A stretch of DNA of 64,000 nucleotides, taken from Deltaproteobacteria bacterium. GTDB lineage: Bacteria; Chloroflexota; Dehalococcoidia; Dehalococcoidales; BS750m-G39. The position numbers and the translations under genes were made by a program. The notes under the pieces are model-generated. The model did no database searches. It had not been told where the DNA came from and saw only the letters and a program-made list of their open reading frames with translations. The stretch spans positions 13,928-77,927 of the forward strand of contig JAUVYB010000005.1 of the NCBI GenBank assembly GCA_030603275.1. Reading direction: 5' to 3'. Shown in pieces: positions 47,245 to 56,718 of the stretch (positions are counted from its first letter, which is position 1; each line of letters starts with the position of its first letter).

Positions 47245-48999
47245 ATGCCGCAGTTGGGTGATGCCCGCAGGCTGCGCATCGGGATGGCTCAGCTCAACGC
47301 TACCGTGGGTGATTTTGCCGGCAACCGGCGGAAAATCCTGAGTGCCATTAAAGAAGCCAGGTCTCTGGGAGTGGATTTGCTCGCTCTTCCCGAACTGGCT
47401 ACATGCGGCTATCCCCCCGAAGACCTGCTTTTTAAGCCCAAGTTTATCGCCGAAAACCTGCGTTCGCTGGAAAAGGTGGTCGAGGCTTCATCGGGGTTAG
47501 CTGTCGTCGTCGGCTTTGTTGATGCCAGAGAGGACATCTATAACGCGGCGGCCGTAATTCACGACGGCAGGCTAGCCGGCGTCTATCACAAGATATTTCT
47601 GCCCAACTACGGCGTCTTTGATGAGAACCGCTACTTCCGCGCCGGCAACCAATGCCCGGTCTATACTATCGGCGGCATCGGGCTGGGCATCAACATCTGT
47701 GAGGACATCTGGTACGAGGATGGGCCGGCTACCGCCCAGGCCAATGCTGGAGCCGAGGTTATCGTTACCATAAGCGCTTCGCCCTATCACTTCGGCAAGG
47801 TGGATTTGCGGGAAAGGATGATAGTATCCCGCGCCGTGGACAACGTGGCTATCTTCACTCACACCAACCTGGTGGGAGGGCAGGATGAGCTGGTCTTCGA
47901 CGGCAACAGTATAGCCGTGGATGAGAAGGGGCAGCTGCTGGCCCGGGGCAGGCAGTTTGAGGAGGACCTGATAGTGGCCGACCTGGATGTTGAATCCGTC
48001 TTCCGGGCGCGTCTTCACGACCCCAGGTGGCGCAAAGAGCCACCGCCTGCCGGGGAGCCAGGGTGTCCCACCCCCAAAATAGTGGTATCCGAGGCGCCGT
48101 TCGAGCTGAAGAAACCGGCCTTACCCCCCAGACAGGTTGAGCTGCGGGGGTCGCCCGGCGAGGTCTATGATGCGCTGGTGCTGGGCACCGGTGACTATGT
48201 GCACAAGAACGGCTTTGAGAAGGTATTAATTGGTCTTTCCGGGGGGTTGGACTCGAGCCTGGTGGCGGCTATTGCCGTTGACGCCTTGGGCAAGTCCAAC
48301 GTGGTGGGGGTGGCTATGCCTTCCCGGTACTCTTCCCCCGGCAGCCTTTCCGACGCCGGGTTGCTGGCCAAAAACCTGGGCATAAAGCTGCTGACCATTC
48401 CAATCGAGAAGATTTTTAAAGCCTATCTGGATACGCTGGCCGGGGCTTTTAAGGAGACGGAACCCAATGTAGCCGAGGAGAATATCCAGGCCCGCATCAG
48501 GGGCAATATACTGATGGCGCTGTCCAATAAGTTCGGCTGGCTGGTGCTGCCCACCGGTAACAAAAGCGAGATGGCCACCGGCTACACCACGCTGTACGGG
48601 GACATGGCCGGCGGCTTTGCCGTGATAAAGGATGTGCCCAAGACAATGGTCTATGAGCTGGCCGGATACCGTAACCGGCTTTCCGGTTATGAGCTGATAC
48701 CGGCTACTATTATGGATAAGCCTCCTTCGGCGGAGCTGAAGCCGGAGCAAAAGGATATTGACACCCTACCTCCATATGAGCTGCTTGACCCGGTGCTGAC
48801 GGCATATGTCGAGGAGGATAAGAGCGTGGAGCAGATAATCGCCCTGGGCAACGATGAAAAAGTGGTAAAGCGAGCGGCCCGGCTGGTGGACGCCAGCGAG
48901 TACAAGCGCCGCCAGGCGCCGCCGGGGGTTAAGATAACCCCCAGAGCATTTGGCAGGGACAGGCGGCTGCCCATTACCAACCGCTTCAAGGGTTCATAA
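47245..48999 (+). CDS. nadE: Glutamine-dependent NAD+ synthetase (nitrilase-type glutaminase + NAD synthetase domains)
   Basis: Start at MPQLGDARRLRIGMAQLN, just after the glnA stop. CN-hydrolase half (ELATCGYPPEDL, ICED). Synthetase half with SGGLDSS. Confidence 0.92.
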   Translation: MPQLGDARRLRIGMAQLNATVGDFAGNRRKILSAIKEARSLGVDLLALPELATCGYPPEDLLFKPKFIAENLRSLEKVVEASSGLAVVVGFVDAREDIYNAAAVIHDGRLAGVYHKIFLPNYGVFDENRYFRAGNQCPVYTIGGIGLGINICEDIWYEDGPATAQANAGAEVIVTISASPYHFGKVDLRERMIVSRAVDNVAIFTHTNLVGGQDELVFDGNSIAVDEKGQLLARGRQFEEDLIVADLDVESVFRARLHDPRWRKEPPPAGEPGCPTPKIVVSEAPFELKKPALPPRQVELRGSPGEVYDALVLGTGDYVHKNGFEKVLIGLSGGLDSSLVAAIAVDALGKSNVVGVAMPSRYSSPGSLSDAGLLAKNLGIKLLTIPIEKIFKAYLDTLAGAFKETEPNVAEENIQARIRGNILMALSNKFGWLVLPTGNKSEMATGYTTLYGDMAGGFAVIKDVPKTMVYELAGYRNRLSGYELIPATIMDKPPSAELKPEQKDIDTLPPYELLDPVLTAYVEEDKSVEQIIALGNDEKVVKRAARLVDASEYKRRQAPPGVKITPRAFGRDRRLPITNRFKGS

Positions 49000-49024
49000 G
49001 GCGGAAGGCAATGCCGGAGGGCTA

Positions 49025-49053
49025 TTCGTTTTCTTGGTTGTGCGTGTTATAAT
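49025..49053 (+). promoter_or_regulatory. Sigma-70-like promoter upstream of nrpR
   Basis: TTCGTT, 17 nt (ending in TG-T), TATAAT (49048-49053). Confidence 0.45.
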
Positions 49054-49075
49054 ACTGGGAAATCTTTAGCAGGGA

Positions 49076-50086
49076 ATGGAGAAACTGATGGCGGAACAGG
49101 TTGTCGGCTCCGATGCCGAAGGTAAGCTAATATCCATCCTTAAAATCTTAAGCGAGTCATCAGAAACACTGGGGTCAATCACTATCGCCCGGCGGCTTGC
49201 GGGCGAGGGGGTTTTCTTGAGTGAGAGGGCGGTGAGGTATCACCTGAGGATAGCCGACGAGCGCGGCTATACCCAGCCGGCAGGCCGGGACGGGCGGATG
49301 ATTACTCCCAAAGGGCGGCAGGAGGTTAAGGAGGCCTTAGCCCCGCAGCACCTGGGTTTCGTGCGCGAGAAGCTGGAGATGCTGGCCTACCAGACCACCT
49401 TCGACCCGGTAAAACGCAGCGGCCAGTTGCCCATAAATACGTCACTTGTTGATAAGGATAAGTTCAAAAAGGCGCTTTCGGCGATGAAGGACGCCTTTAA
49501 GGCCGGGATTTGCGTAAGCGAGCTGGTGGCCACGGCGTCAGAGGGAGAGAAGCTGGGGGCGGCGGTTGTGCCCGCTGGTAAAATTGGTTTTGCCACCGTT
49601 TGCAGCGTGGTGACCAACGGTGTGCTGCTAAAGTCTGGTGTCCCTATGGAATTCAGGTTTGGCGGCGTGCTCGAAATCAGAAATTCCAAGCTGAGGCGAT
49701 TTGTGGCCATAATTGACTATGCCGGTACCTCCGTCGACCCCTCCGAGCAGTTTGTCCGGGCTAAGATGACCAGCGTTGGCGAAGCCTCCCGGACGGGGAG
49801 TGGCAAGATACTGGGCGTTTTCAGGACGATACTGGCGCCGGCCAGGGAAATCTTCGAGGAGAAGGTAGCCCTGCTTAAAGAGGTGGGCATCGGCGGTGTC
49901 TATGCCGTGGGCGATACCAGTGAGCCGCTCTGCCAGATTCCGGTAGTCCTGAACCGGATTGGCATTGTTCAGTTGGGTGGTCTTAATCCGGTGGCGGCCG
50001 CCGTTGAGGCTGGAATCGAGATTGAAAACGTGGCCGAGAACGGTTTGATTGATTTCCAGGAGCTGCATAGTTTCTGGGAGCTTTAG
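49076..50086 (+). CDS. nrpR: NrpR-type nitrogen regulator (winged HTH + one NRD/DUF128 domain)
   Basis: 336 aa. LISILKILSES...LGSITIARRL...LSERAVRYHLRIADERGY....GR.GR.ITPKG..E, then LGFV..K.E.L.Y.TTFD, matching my recollection of methanogen NrpR. Confidence 0.72.
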   Translation: MEKLMAEQVVGSDAEGKLISILKILSESSETLGSITIARRLAGEGVFLSERAVRYHLRIADERGYTQPAGRDGRMITPKGRQEVKEALAPQHLGFVREKLEMLAYQTTFDPVKRSGQLPINTSLVDKDKFKKALSAMKDAFKAGICVSELVATASEGEKLGAAVVPAGKIGFATVCSVVTNGVLLKSGVPMEFRFGGVLEIRNSKLRRFVAIIDYAGTSVDPSEQFVRAKMTSVGEASRTGSGKILGVFRTILAPAREIFEEKVALLKEVGIGGVYAVGDTSEPLCQIPVVLNRIGIVQLGGLNPVAAAVEAGIEIENVAENGLIDFQELHSFWEL

Positions 50087-50098
50087 TTACGGCGTTAT

Positions 50099-51190
50099 TT
50101 AGCCGGGTATATTTACTACCAGAGTTGTCCCTTTGCCTGGTGTTGACTTTACTTCAAGAGTGCCACCCAACAGCCGAGCCCGCTCCCGCATTCCAGCCAG
50201 TCCCAGCTTCCCGCTGCGGGGGAGGTCGTCAACGCCTCCCCGCAGTTCAAAGCCCTGGCCGTTGTCGGTTATGGTCACCTTGACTTCGTCTCCGCCGAAC
50301 TCCATTGCCACCTGCGCCTCAGAGGCGTGGGCATGCCGCCTGATATTGTTGAGCGCCTCCTGAACTATGCGGAAGAGCAGTAGCTCAACTTCAGGCGTGA
50401 AACGCCTTTCTCCGCCGAGTATCTTTAGTTCGGCATCTATTCCGTCGGACTCTTGCAAGCCCTTGACCAATGACCTAACTGCCGGGATTAAGCCTAAATC
50501 GTCCAGCAGGGACGGGCGCAGGTCTTGAACGAAGCGCTGCATACTCTGCAGCCCGCGATTGAGCTGGGTCTGCAGGTCTTTGAGGAACAGGACCTCATTG
50601 GAAGCGAAGCCATGCTTCTTCCTGATGAAGTTATCCAGTTGACGCGAAAGAGAACTCAGCACCTGAGCCGTATCATCATGAAGCTCCCGGGCAATACGTT
50701 TCCGCTCCTCCTCCTGAGCCTTGGTTATCTGCTGTAGATGGTGGCGCAGGTTTTCTTCGGCACGCTTTCGCTCGGTGGCGTCTTCCAGGGTCTCGATGGC
50801 GCCGATTATCTTTCCGGCTTTATCTCTGATGGGGCTGGCGGTAAAGTGAAGCCACCTTCCGTTTTTGCCGAGGTCTAGGAAGAAGTCTTCGGCTTCATAG
50901 GCGCCGTCAAGCAACCGGGATTTTTTACACATGCCTTGATAATATGTCTCAATTTCGTTTTCCCGGGCTCCGTCCACCATTAAATCGGCCATAGTCGGCC
51001 TTTTTTCGCTGTAGAATGCCCGCCACTGCTCATCGGTGTCGATTATCTTGTCCCTTTTTAAACCGGTAAGGGCTTCAATGGCTATGTTCCAGTAGATAAC
51101 CCGGTGCTGATTATTGATGACAAACGAGGGAATAGAAGAGCCATCAATAATCTTAGCCAGCATTTCCGAGCCCAGTAGACTTTGAGCCAT
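50099..51190 (-). CDS. Sensor histidine kinase (PAS + HisKA_3 + HATPase_c), cytoplasmic
   Basis: 363 aa. H-box ARELHDDTAQ, N-box EALNNIRRHA, G-boxes DNGQGF and GLAGMRERA. Confidence 0.85.
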   Translation of the reverse strand: MAQSLLGSEMLAKIIDGSSIPSFVINNQHRVIYWNIAIEALTGLKRDKIIDTDEQWRAFYSEKRPTMADLMVDGARENEIETYYQGMCKKSRLLDGAYEAEDFFLDLGKNGRWLHFTASPIRDKAGKIIGAIETLEDATERKRAEENLRHHLQQITKAQEEERKRIARELHDDTAQVLSSLSRQLDNFIRKKHGFASNEVLFLKDLQTQLNRGLQSMQRFVQDLRPSLLDDLGLIPAVRSLVKGLQESDGIDAELKILGGERRFTPEVELLLFRIVQEALNNIRRHAHASEAQVAMEFGGDEVKVTITDNGQGFELRGGVDDLPRSGKLGLAGMRERARLLGGTLEVKSTPGKGTTLVVNIPG

Positions 51191-51227
51191 AGATATTACC
51201 CCGCTATCTCAACTCAATAAAGGGGAT

Positions 51228-51893
51228 TCAAGGCAGCTCTTCCAGAGTGAACCAGCCTTTTCTCAGGCCGTACAGCACTGCCTCGGTGCGGGAGCCGACT
51301 CCCAGTTTATTGAAGATAGTCCTCAGGTGACCCTCAACGGTGCGGTTGCTCAGGTGAAGTTTATCGGCGATGTTCTTATTGGTCATACCCTTGGCGGCCA
51401 GCTTGAGGATGTCTGCCTCACGGTTGCTGAGGTGATCGGAGGGTCTTTCCAGACCCCGCGTCTTGCCCGGCAGTTTAAAGTAATTCATGACCTTGCGGGC
51501 GACTATGGGGTCGAGGACGGGCTCACCCTTATAGACCGCCCGGATGGCGCGGATGAGTTCATCTCCGCTGACATTCTTTAACAGGTAACCGGCGGCGCCA
51601 ACCTTGAGCAGGGCGAAGACGTATTCGTCATCGTCGTAGGCGCTTAAGATGAGCACTGCTGTGCGGGGACTTATTAGCTTGATTTGCCGGGTGGCTTCGA
51701 TACCATTGAGCTTGGGCATGGCGATGTCCATGATGATAATATCGGGTTTCAGGTCGGTGGTCATCTGTACCGCTTCCTCGCCATCGCTGGCTTCGCCTAT
51801 AACCTTAACACCCTTCTCGTCTTCTATAAGACGGCGGATACCCTGCCGTGTTATCACATGGTCTTCAGCCAGAAGTACGTTTATACTGCTCAT
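51228..51893 (-). CDS. NarL/LuxR-family response regulator (canonical receiver)
   Basis: 221 aa. LAEDH, IIIMDIAMP (phospho-Asp), ILSAY, YLLKN. C-terminal HTH LSNREADILKLAAKGMTNKNIADKL. Confidence 0.9.
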   Translation of the reverse strand: MSSINVLLAEDHVITRQGIRRLIEDEKGVKVIGEASDGEEAVQMTTDLKPDIIIMDIAMPKLNGIEATRQIKLISPRTAVLILSAYDDDEYVFALLKVGAAGYLLKNVSGDELIRAIRAVYKGEPVLDPIVARKVMNYFKLPGKTRGLERPSDHLSNREADILKLAAKGMTNKNIADKLHLSNRTVEGHLRTIFNKLGVGSRTEAVLYGLRKGWFTLEELP

Positions 51894-52154
51894 AAACCTA
51901 TCTCCCCTTATGTAATCATATCAGAGCCGGGTATATCTATTCAAGCGTGGAAACAGCTGAACCCTTCACCTTTGGTTGGGTATTACTACCTGAGTTATAT
52001 CACCTAGTACTTCGCTGTTAATAAGTGATGCTGGCGCTGGGAAATACCTGCTTAAACAGAGCAATACCACTGGAGAAAACGGGCGTGATAACGGATGGAG
52101 ACGGGCTTTAAAAGTATTAACATAAAATTAGCGGATGGTGAAGGAGGTTAGCTG

Positions 52155-52652
52155 ATGGACCTTACCCTTGATTTCCCCAAAGTTAAGGCTATTGTAGAGA
52201 GCTATACGGAGAAGGTTGATTCCCTTATTGAAAGCTACGCCGGTAACAAGGAGCAGCTGATATCTCTACTGCAGGATATCCAGGCCGAATTTAACTACCT
52301 GCCGCAGGATGTGCTGGTTAAAATCAGCCAGAAGCTGGATATTCCCTTGAGCCAGGTTTTTAGCGTGGTTACCTTTTTCCGCGCTTTTACCTTGAAGCCG
52401 AGAGGACGTCATCTGGTGACCGTTTGTCTGGGCACTGCCTGTCATGTCAAGGGGGGGCAGAGGATGGTGGACAAGATGGAAAGGGATTACGGAATAAAGC
52501 CCGGCGAGACCACCGAGGATATGAGATTCAGTCTGGAGACAGTTAACTGCCTGGGTTGCTGTGCTCTGGGGCCGGTAGTGGTTGTCGACGGGAAATACGA
52601 AAGCAAGATGAACCCCGATAAGCTCGACCGCGTCTTGAGGGGATACAAATAA
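52155..52652 (+). CDS. NuoE/HndA-like [2Fe-2S] thioredoxin-fold subunit
   Basis: 165 aa. VCLGTACHVKG...C.GCC. Confidence 0.85.
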   Translation: MDLTLDFPKVKAIVESYTEKVDSLIESYAGNKEQLISLLQDIQAEFNYLPQDVLVKISQKLDIPLSQVFSVVTFFRAFTLKPRGRHLVTVCLGTACHVKGGQRMVDKMERDYGIKPGETTEDMRFSLETVNCLGCCALGPVVVVDGKYESKMNPDKLDRVLRGYK

Positions 52653-52671
52653 ACTCTTGAGGGGGCGTGAC

Positions 52672-54552
52672 ATGGTAGAGCAAGTGCGAAAGCTGTTAGA
52701 AAAAAGAGTAGAGAGTGCCGCCGAGTTGGAGAAGCTGCGGCAGTCAATACTTGACAAAAAAGACTCCAGCCGGACCTGCGTATCCGTGTGCGGGGGCACC
52801 GCCTGCCGTGCCGCCGGAGCTGAGGCGGTGGTAGATGCTTTTGTTGATGAAATCGAGAGACGGGAGCTCCAGATACAGGTGGAGCTAAAGGAAACGGGGT
52901 GTCACGGTTTCTGTGAACGGGGGCCTTTGGTGGTCATTCAACCCAAGAAGATTTTCTACCAGCAGGTAAAACCCGAGGATGTTCCCGAGATTATCGCTGA
53001 AACCGTATTGGGCGGCAAGGTTGTTGAGCGGCTGCTCTATGTAGACCCATCCACCCAAGAAAAAGTTATTTATGAACCTGATGTGCCGTTCTATAAGAAG
53101 CAAACACGAACTATTTTCGGTGCTAACGGAGAAATTGACCCGACAAATATTGAAGATTACATTGCCAGCGGCGGTTACTCCGCCCTGAGCAAGGTTCTTA
53201 CCGGCATGAAGCCCCAGGAGATTATTGACGAGGTTAAGAAGTCGGGCTTAAGGGGGCGGGGTGGTGGTGGCTTCCCCACCGGCCGGAAGTGGCAGTCCTG
53301 CCGTGATGCCGAGGCTGATATTAAATATGTAATCTGCAATGCTGATGAGGGTGACCCTGGTGCCTATCAGGATAGGGCCATCCTCGAAGGTAACCCCCAC
53401 AGCATCCTGGAGGGGATGATTATCGGCGCTTATGCCATCGGCTCCCACCAGGGCTATATCTATGTCCGCAACGAATATCCTTTAGCCGTAAGACATGCCC
53501 GGATAGCTATTGAGCAGGCCATGGATTACGGGCTGCTGGGGGAGAACATACTGGGCTCCGGCTTCGATTTCAAGGTGATGATAAATAAGGGGGGTGGCGC
53601 CTTCGTCTGCGGCGAGTCCAGCGCCCTGATGGCTTCTCTTGAAGGCAAGATAGGCGAGCCGAAGGCTAAATATGTCCACATGTCGGAGAAGGGGCTGTGG
53701 GATAGCCCCAGCCTGCTGAATAATGTCAAGACCTGGGCTAACGTGCCCCTGATAATTAACAAGGGGGCGGATTGGTTTTCTAAGATTGGCACCGCCGGCA
53801 GTAAGGGAACGATGATATTCTCCCTGGTGGGGAATATAAATAACACCGGCCTGGTGGAAGTGCCCATGGGGATAACGCTTAGGGAGATGATTTTCGACAT
53901 CGGGGGAGGCATCCCCAACGGCAAGAAGTTCAAGGCGGTGCAGACGGGTGGTCCTTCCGGCGGGTGTATTCCCGAGCAGTTCCTGGATACGCAGGTGGAT
54001 TTTGACGAGCTTACCAAGCTCGGCTCGATGATGGGCTCCGGCGGCATGATAGTCATAGATGAGGACACCTGCATGGTTGATGTCGCCAAGTACTTCGTTG
54101 AGTTCCTAAAAGGGGAGTCATGCGGCAAGTGCACCCCCTGCCGTGAGGGGATAAACCGGATGAGCGAAATCCTGAACGGCATTACCCATGGGAAGGGTAA
54201 GCAGGAAGACCTTGATACGCTGGAGGACCTGGCGGGGATTTTAAGCGCCGGCGCACTCTGTGCTCTGGGTCAAACGGCGGCCAATCCCGTGCTGAGCACC
54301 CTCCGTTACTTCCGTGATGAGTATCTTGCCCATATTGAGCAGAAGAAGTGCCCGGCCGGTGTCTGCCGGGAGTTAATCCAGTATTCTATTGACCCTGAGA
54401 CGTGCGAAGGTTGTCTCAGGTGTTTGAGGGCCTGTCCTACGGGCGCCATCACTGGCGGGAAGAGAGAGGTCCACACCCTGAATCAGGGGCTGTGTATCAA
54501 GTGCGGCGCCTGCTATGACGTTTGTAAATTCAATGCCGTAATAAGGCAGTGA
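52672..54552 (+). CDS. NuoF/HndC/HydB-like NAD(P)H-binding flavoprotein with N-terminal [2Fe-2S] and C-terminal 2x[4Fe-4S] domains
   Basis: Start at MVEQVRK. GRGGGGFPTG.KW, CNADEGDPGA, ESCGKCTPCREG, C-terminal CEGCLRCLRAC / CIKCGACYDVC. Confidence 0.9.
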   Translation: MVEQVRKLLEKRVESAAELEKLRQSILDKKDSSRTCVSVCGGTACRAAGAEAVVDAFVDEIERRELQIQVELKETGCHGFCERGPLVVIQPKKIFYQQVKPEDVPEIIAETVLGGKVVERLLYVDPSTQEKVIYEPDVPFYKKQTRTIFGANGEIDPTNIEDYIASGGYSALSKVLTGMKPQEIIDEVKKSGLRGRGGGGFPTGRKWQSCRDAEADIKYVICNADEGDPGAYQDRAILEGNPHSILEGMIIGAYAIGSHQGYIYVRNEYPLAVRHARIAIEQAMDYGLLGENILGSGFDFKVMINKGGGAFVCGESSALMASLEGKIGEPKAKYVHMSEKGLWDSPSLLNNVKTWANVPLIINKGADWFSKIGTAGSKGTMIFSLVGNINNTGLVEVPMGITLREMIFDIGGGIPNGKKFKAVQTGGPSGGCIPEQFLDTQVDFDELTKLGSMMGSGGMIVIDEDTCMVDVAKYFVEFLKGESCGKCTPCREGINRMSEILNGITHGKGKQEDLDTLEDLAGILSAGALCALGQTAANPVLSTLRYFRDEYLAHIEQKKCPAGVCRELIQYSIDPETCEGCLRCLRACPTGAITGGKREVHTLNQGLCIKCGACYDVCKFNAVIRQ

Positions 54553-54564
54553 AGGAGGTGTGTT

Positions 54565-55281
54565 ATGGCTAAGGTATGGATTGATGGTGAGACATCTATA
54601 GAGGTGGAGGACGCCGACGGGGTTAACGCGGTTAGCCTTACCGTCGACGACAAGGAGATTATTGTTTCGGCCGGCCAGACGATTCTGGAGGCGGTGCAGC
54701 GTGTGAATGGAATCGGCAATATCCCGGCTCTCTGTAATCACCCGGCCGTAAAACCCTATGGGGCTTGCCGGATATGCACCGTTGAGGTGAGCGAGGACGG
54801 GGGCTCTAAATTTAAATTCGTCGCCGCCTGCCTTTACCCGGTGAAAGAGGGCCTGGTGGTAAAGACCAACACGGAGAAAATCAGGACGCTGCGCAAGGGG
54901 ATAATAGAACTGATGCTGGCCCGGTGCCCTAACGTGAAGAGGATACAGGAGCTGGCTGATGAGTACGGGGTTGAGGAGCCGAGGTTTGTCCTGGGGGACC
55001 AGGACTGTATTCTCTGCGGCCTGTGCGTCAGGGCCTGCCAGGAGATAATAGGCAAGTCGGCGATAAGCCTGGTCAACCGGGGTATCTACCGGGAGGTGGC
55101 CGCCCCCTTCTACGCTTATGAGCTGACTGAGGAGTGCATAGGCTGTGGCGATTGTGCCTTTGTCTGCCCTACCGGCGCTATCGAGATGGGAGACGACGGA
55201 AAACCGATACTGCCCAAGGTAAAGATACCCTATGCCGAAATTGAGGCGCTGATGAAGAAGGAGGCGGTAACCCCTTCTTAA
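54565..55281 (+). CDS. Short NuoG/HydA N-terminal-like Fe-S protein ([2Fe-2S] + [4Fe-4S] clusters, no catalytic domain)
   Basis: 238 aa. C.....C..C plant-type 2Fe-2S, then CILCGLCVRAC and CIGCGDCAFVC. Ends where a hydrogenase or formate dehydrogenase catalytic domain would begin. Confidence 0.8.
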   Translation: MAKVWIDGETSIEVEDADGVNAVSLTVDDKEIIVSAGQTILEAVQRVNGIGNIPALCNHPAVKPYGACRICTVEVSEDGGSKFKFVAACLYPVKEGLVVKTNTEKIRTLRKGIIELMLARCPNVKRIQELADEYGVEEPRFVLGDQDCILCGLCVRACQEIIGKSAISLVNRGIYREVAAPFYAYELTEECIGCGDCAFVCPTGAIEMGDDGKPILPKVKIPYAEIEALMKKEAVTPS

Positions 55282-55303
55282 AGGCTGAATATTAATATAA
55301 GCA

Positions 55304-55335
55304 GAGGCACAGCCTTTTGGCTGTGCCTTTTTTGT
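55304..55335 (+). terminator. Rho-independent terminator (possibly bidirectional)
   Basis: AGGCACAGCC-tttt-GGCTGTGCCT followed by TTTTTGTT. Lies between convergent genes. Confidence 0.75.
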
Positions 55336-55383
55336 TGCCTTCTAACCTGAATCTTTTGGGCTTTAAGCGAATTGCTGGATTGC

Positions 55384-56718
55384 CTATATTATACCGGCCC
55401 CTTTGAGCTTCTTTAGCTTGGATGGTCCAAAGCCCAAGTATTTTAGGTAGGTGGGTGTATTATCGTAGCCCGCCGGGCGGCACACCCATTTTGTTCTTAC
55501 GGGCGTTTCTGACATTTTGTGCTGCGCCTGAGCAACAACGAGCTTTCCATAGATAGGGTCTTTGACCGGCGTAAAAATCCCCCTGTCCAACCAGTTGACG
55601 TCTTTCATGGTTTCTTCGGGAGAACAGACTGGCGCCACCACCGGAGTGATAGGGGCCAGGCGGCCATTCTGGGCATATTCTATAGACATGTTTACCAGTT
55701 CTTCGTTGGTGTATTTGCGTGTCTCAGCAAAGACCAGCGGCGCCCATTTCAATTGCTGCTCCTTTTCTGTAAAGACTGTCAGGTTCGTCCAATCGGCGGC
55801 TCCCCACTCGTCCCATTTTCCCACCATGTCGGCAAATGCCTGCCACATCTCCAGCCTTAAGCCGCCCAGGAAAACGGCGCCGTCCCTGGTCGGGGCGAAG
55901 CAGTAGAGCCAGGCGGCGGTATCCATGCTGCCGAAGCGCTCAGCAACGACACCGGCTCCCTCATACCACAATGCAGCGTAGTCGTCAAAGCGGGCGTAAG
56001 CTTCGGCAGTGGCCACATCCAGCGCTTGTCCTTCTCCAGTTATCCACCGCCAGTGCAGGGCGGCCATAATGCCAACTGCCGTAAAGGTTGCCGGCTGGGC
56101 CCAGCCTATCCAGGGGCCGGCCTTGGTGGGGACTGCCCAGGGACATTCATCATAGCCCTTGCCCTCGGGCAGAACCTCTCCTGTACCCGACTGTATCCCT
56201 GACCTGGCCTGAGCTATATTATCGTAGTCTGGCATTCGGCTCTGACTCATGGGGCCGAACTGACCGTAAGCCGTTATAGAGGCAAATATCAGCTTTGGGT
56301 TAATCTCTTTCAATTGCTCGTAGCCGATACCCCACCCGTCCATGACGCCGGGCTTGTAGGTCTCTATGAGTACATCAGCCTGCTTTACCAGGCTTTTAAG
56401 TATTTCTCTCCCCTCCGGCTTTTTGAGGTCCAGGGTAATATGAAACTTGTTTCTGCCCTCGGTAAGGTAGTTGAGGCCTTCACCTTTATAGAGCATGCCG
56501 TACGGTGTGCAGGTTCTAATGAAATCACCCTCCGGGGGTTCTATTCTTAAGACCTCAGCACCAAACTCGGCCAAGAGCGAGGAGCAATAGCATCCGGCGA
56601 AGCTTTTATAGCTCAAGTCCAGCACGGTTATATCGTCCAGAGCTTCAGGCCTGGTGTGGGCAATTCTGGGGTCATCCCTCTCTTTTATCCAGTCTGACCA
56701 GGATTGTTCCTTGTCCAT
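55384..56718 (-). CDS. Family III CoA-transferase (CaiB/BaiF family), subunit 2
   Basis: 444 aa. GAEVLRIEPPEGDFIR. Its start overlaps the stop of the upstream paralog (TAATG). Confidence 0.85.
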   Translation of the reverse strand: MDKEQSWSDWIKERDDPRIAHTRPEALDDITVLDLSYKSFAGCYCSSLLAEFGAEVLRIEPPEGDFIRTCTPYGMLYKGEGLNYLTEGRNKFHITLDLKKPEGREILKSLVKQADVLIETYKPGVMDGWGIGYEQLKEINPKLIFASITAYGQFGPMSQSRMPDYDNIAQARSGIQSGTGEVLPEGKGYDECPWAVPTKAGPWIGWAQPATFTAVGIMAALHWRWITGEGQALDVATAEAYARFDDYAALWYEGAGVVAERFGSMDTAAWLYCFAPTRDGAVFLGGLRLEMWQAFADMVGKWDEWGAADWTNLTVFTEKEQQLKWAPLVFAETRKYTNEELVNMSIEYAQNGRLAPITPVVAPVCSPEETMKDVNWLDRGIFTPVKDPIYGKLVVAQAQHKMSETPVRTKWVCRPAGYDNTPTYLKYLGFGPSKLKKLKGAGII

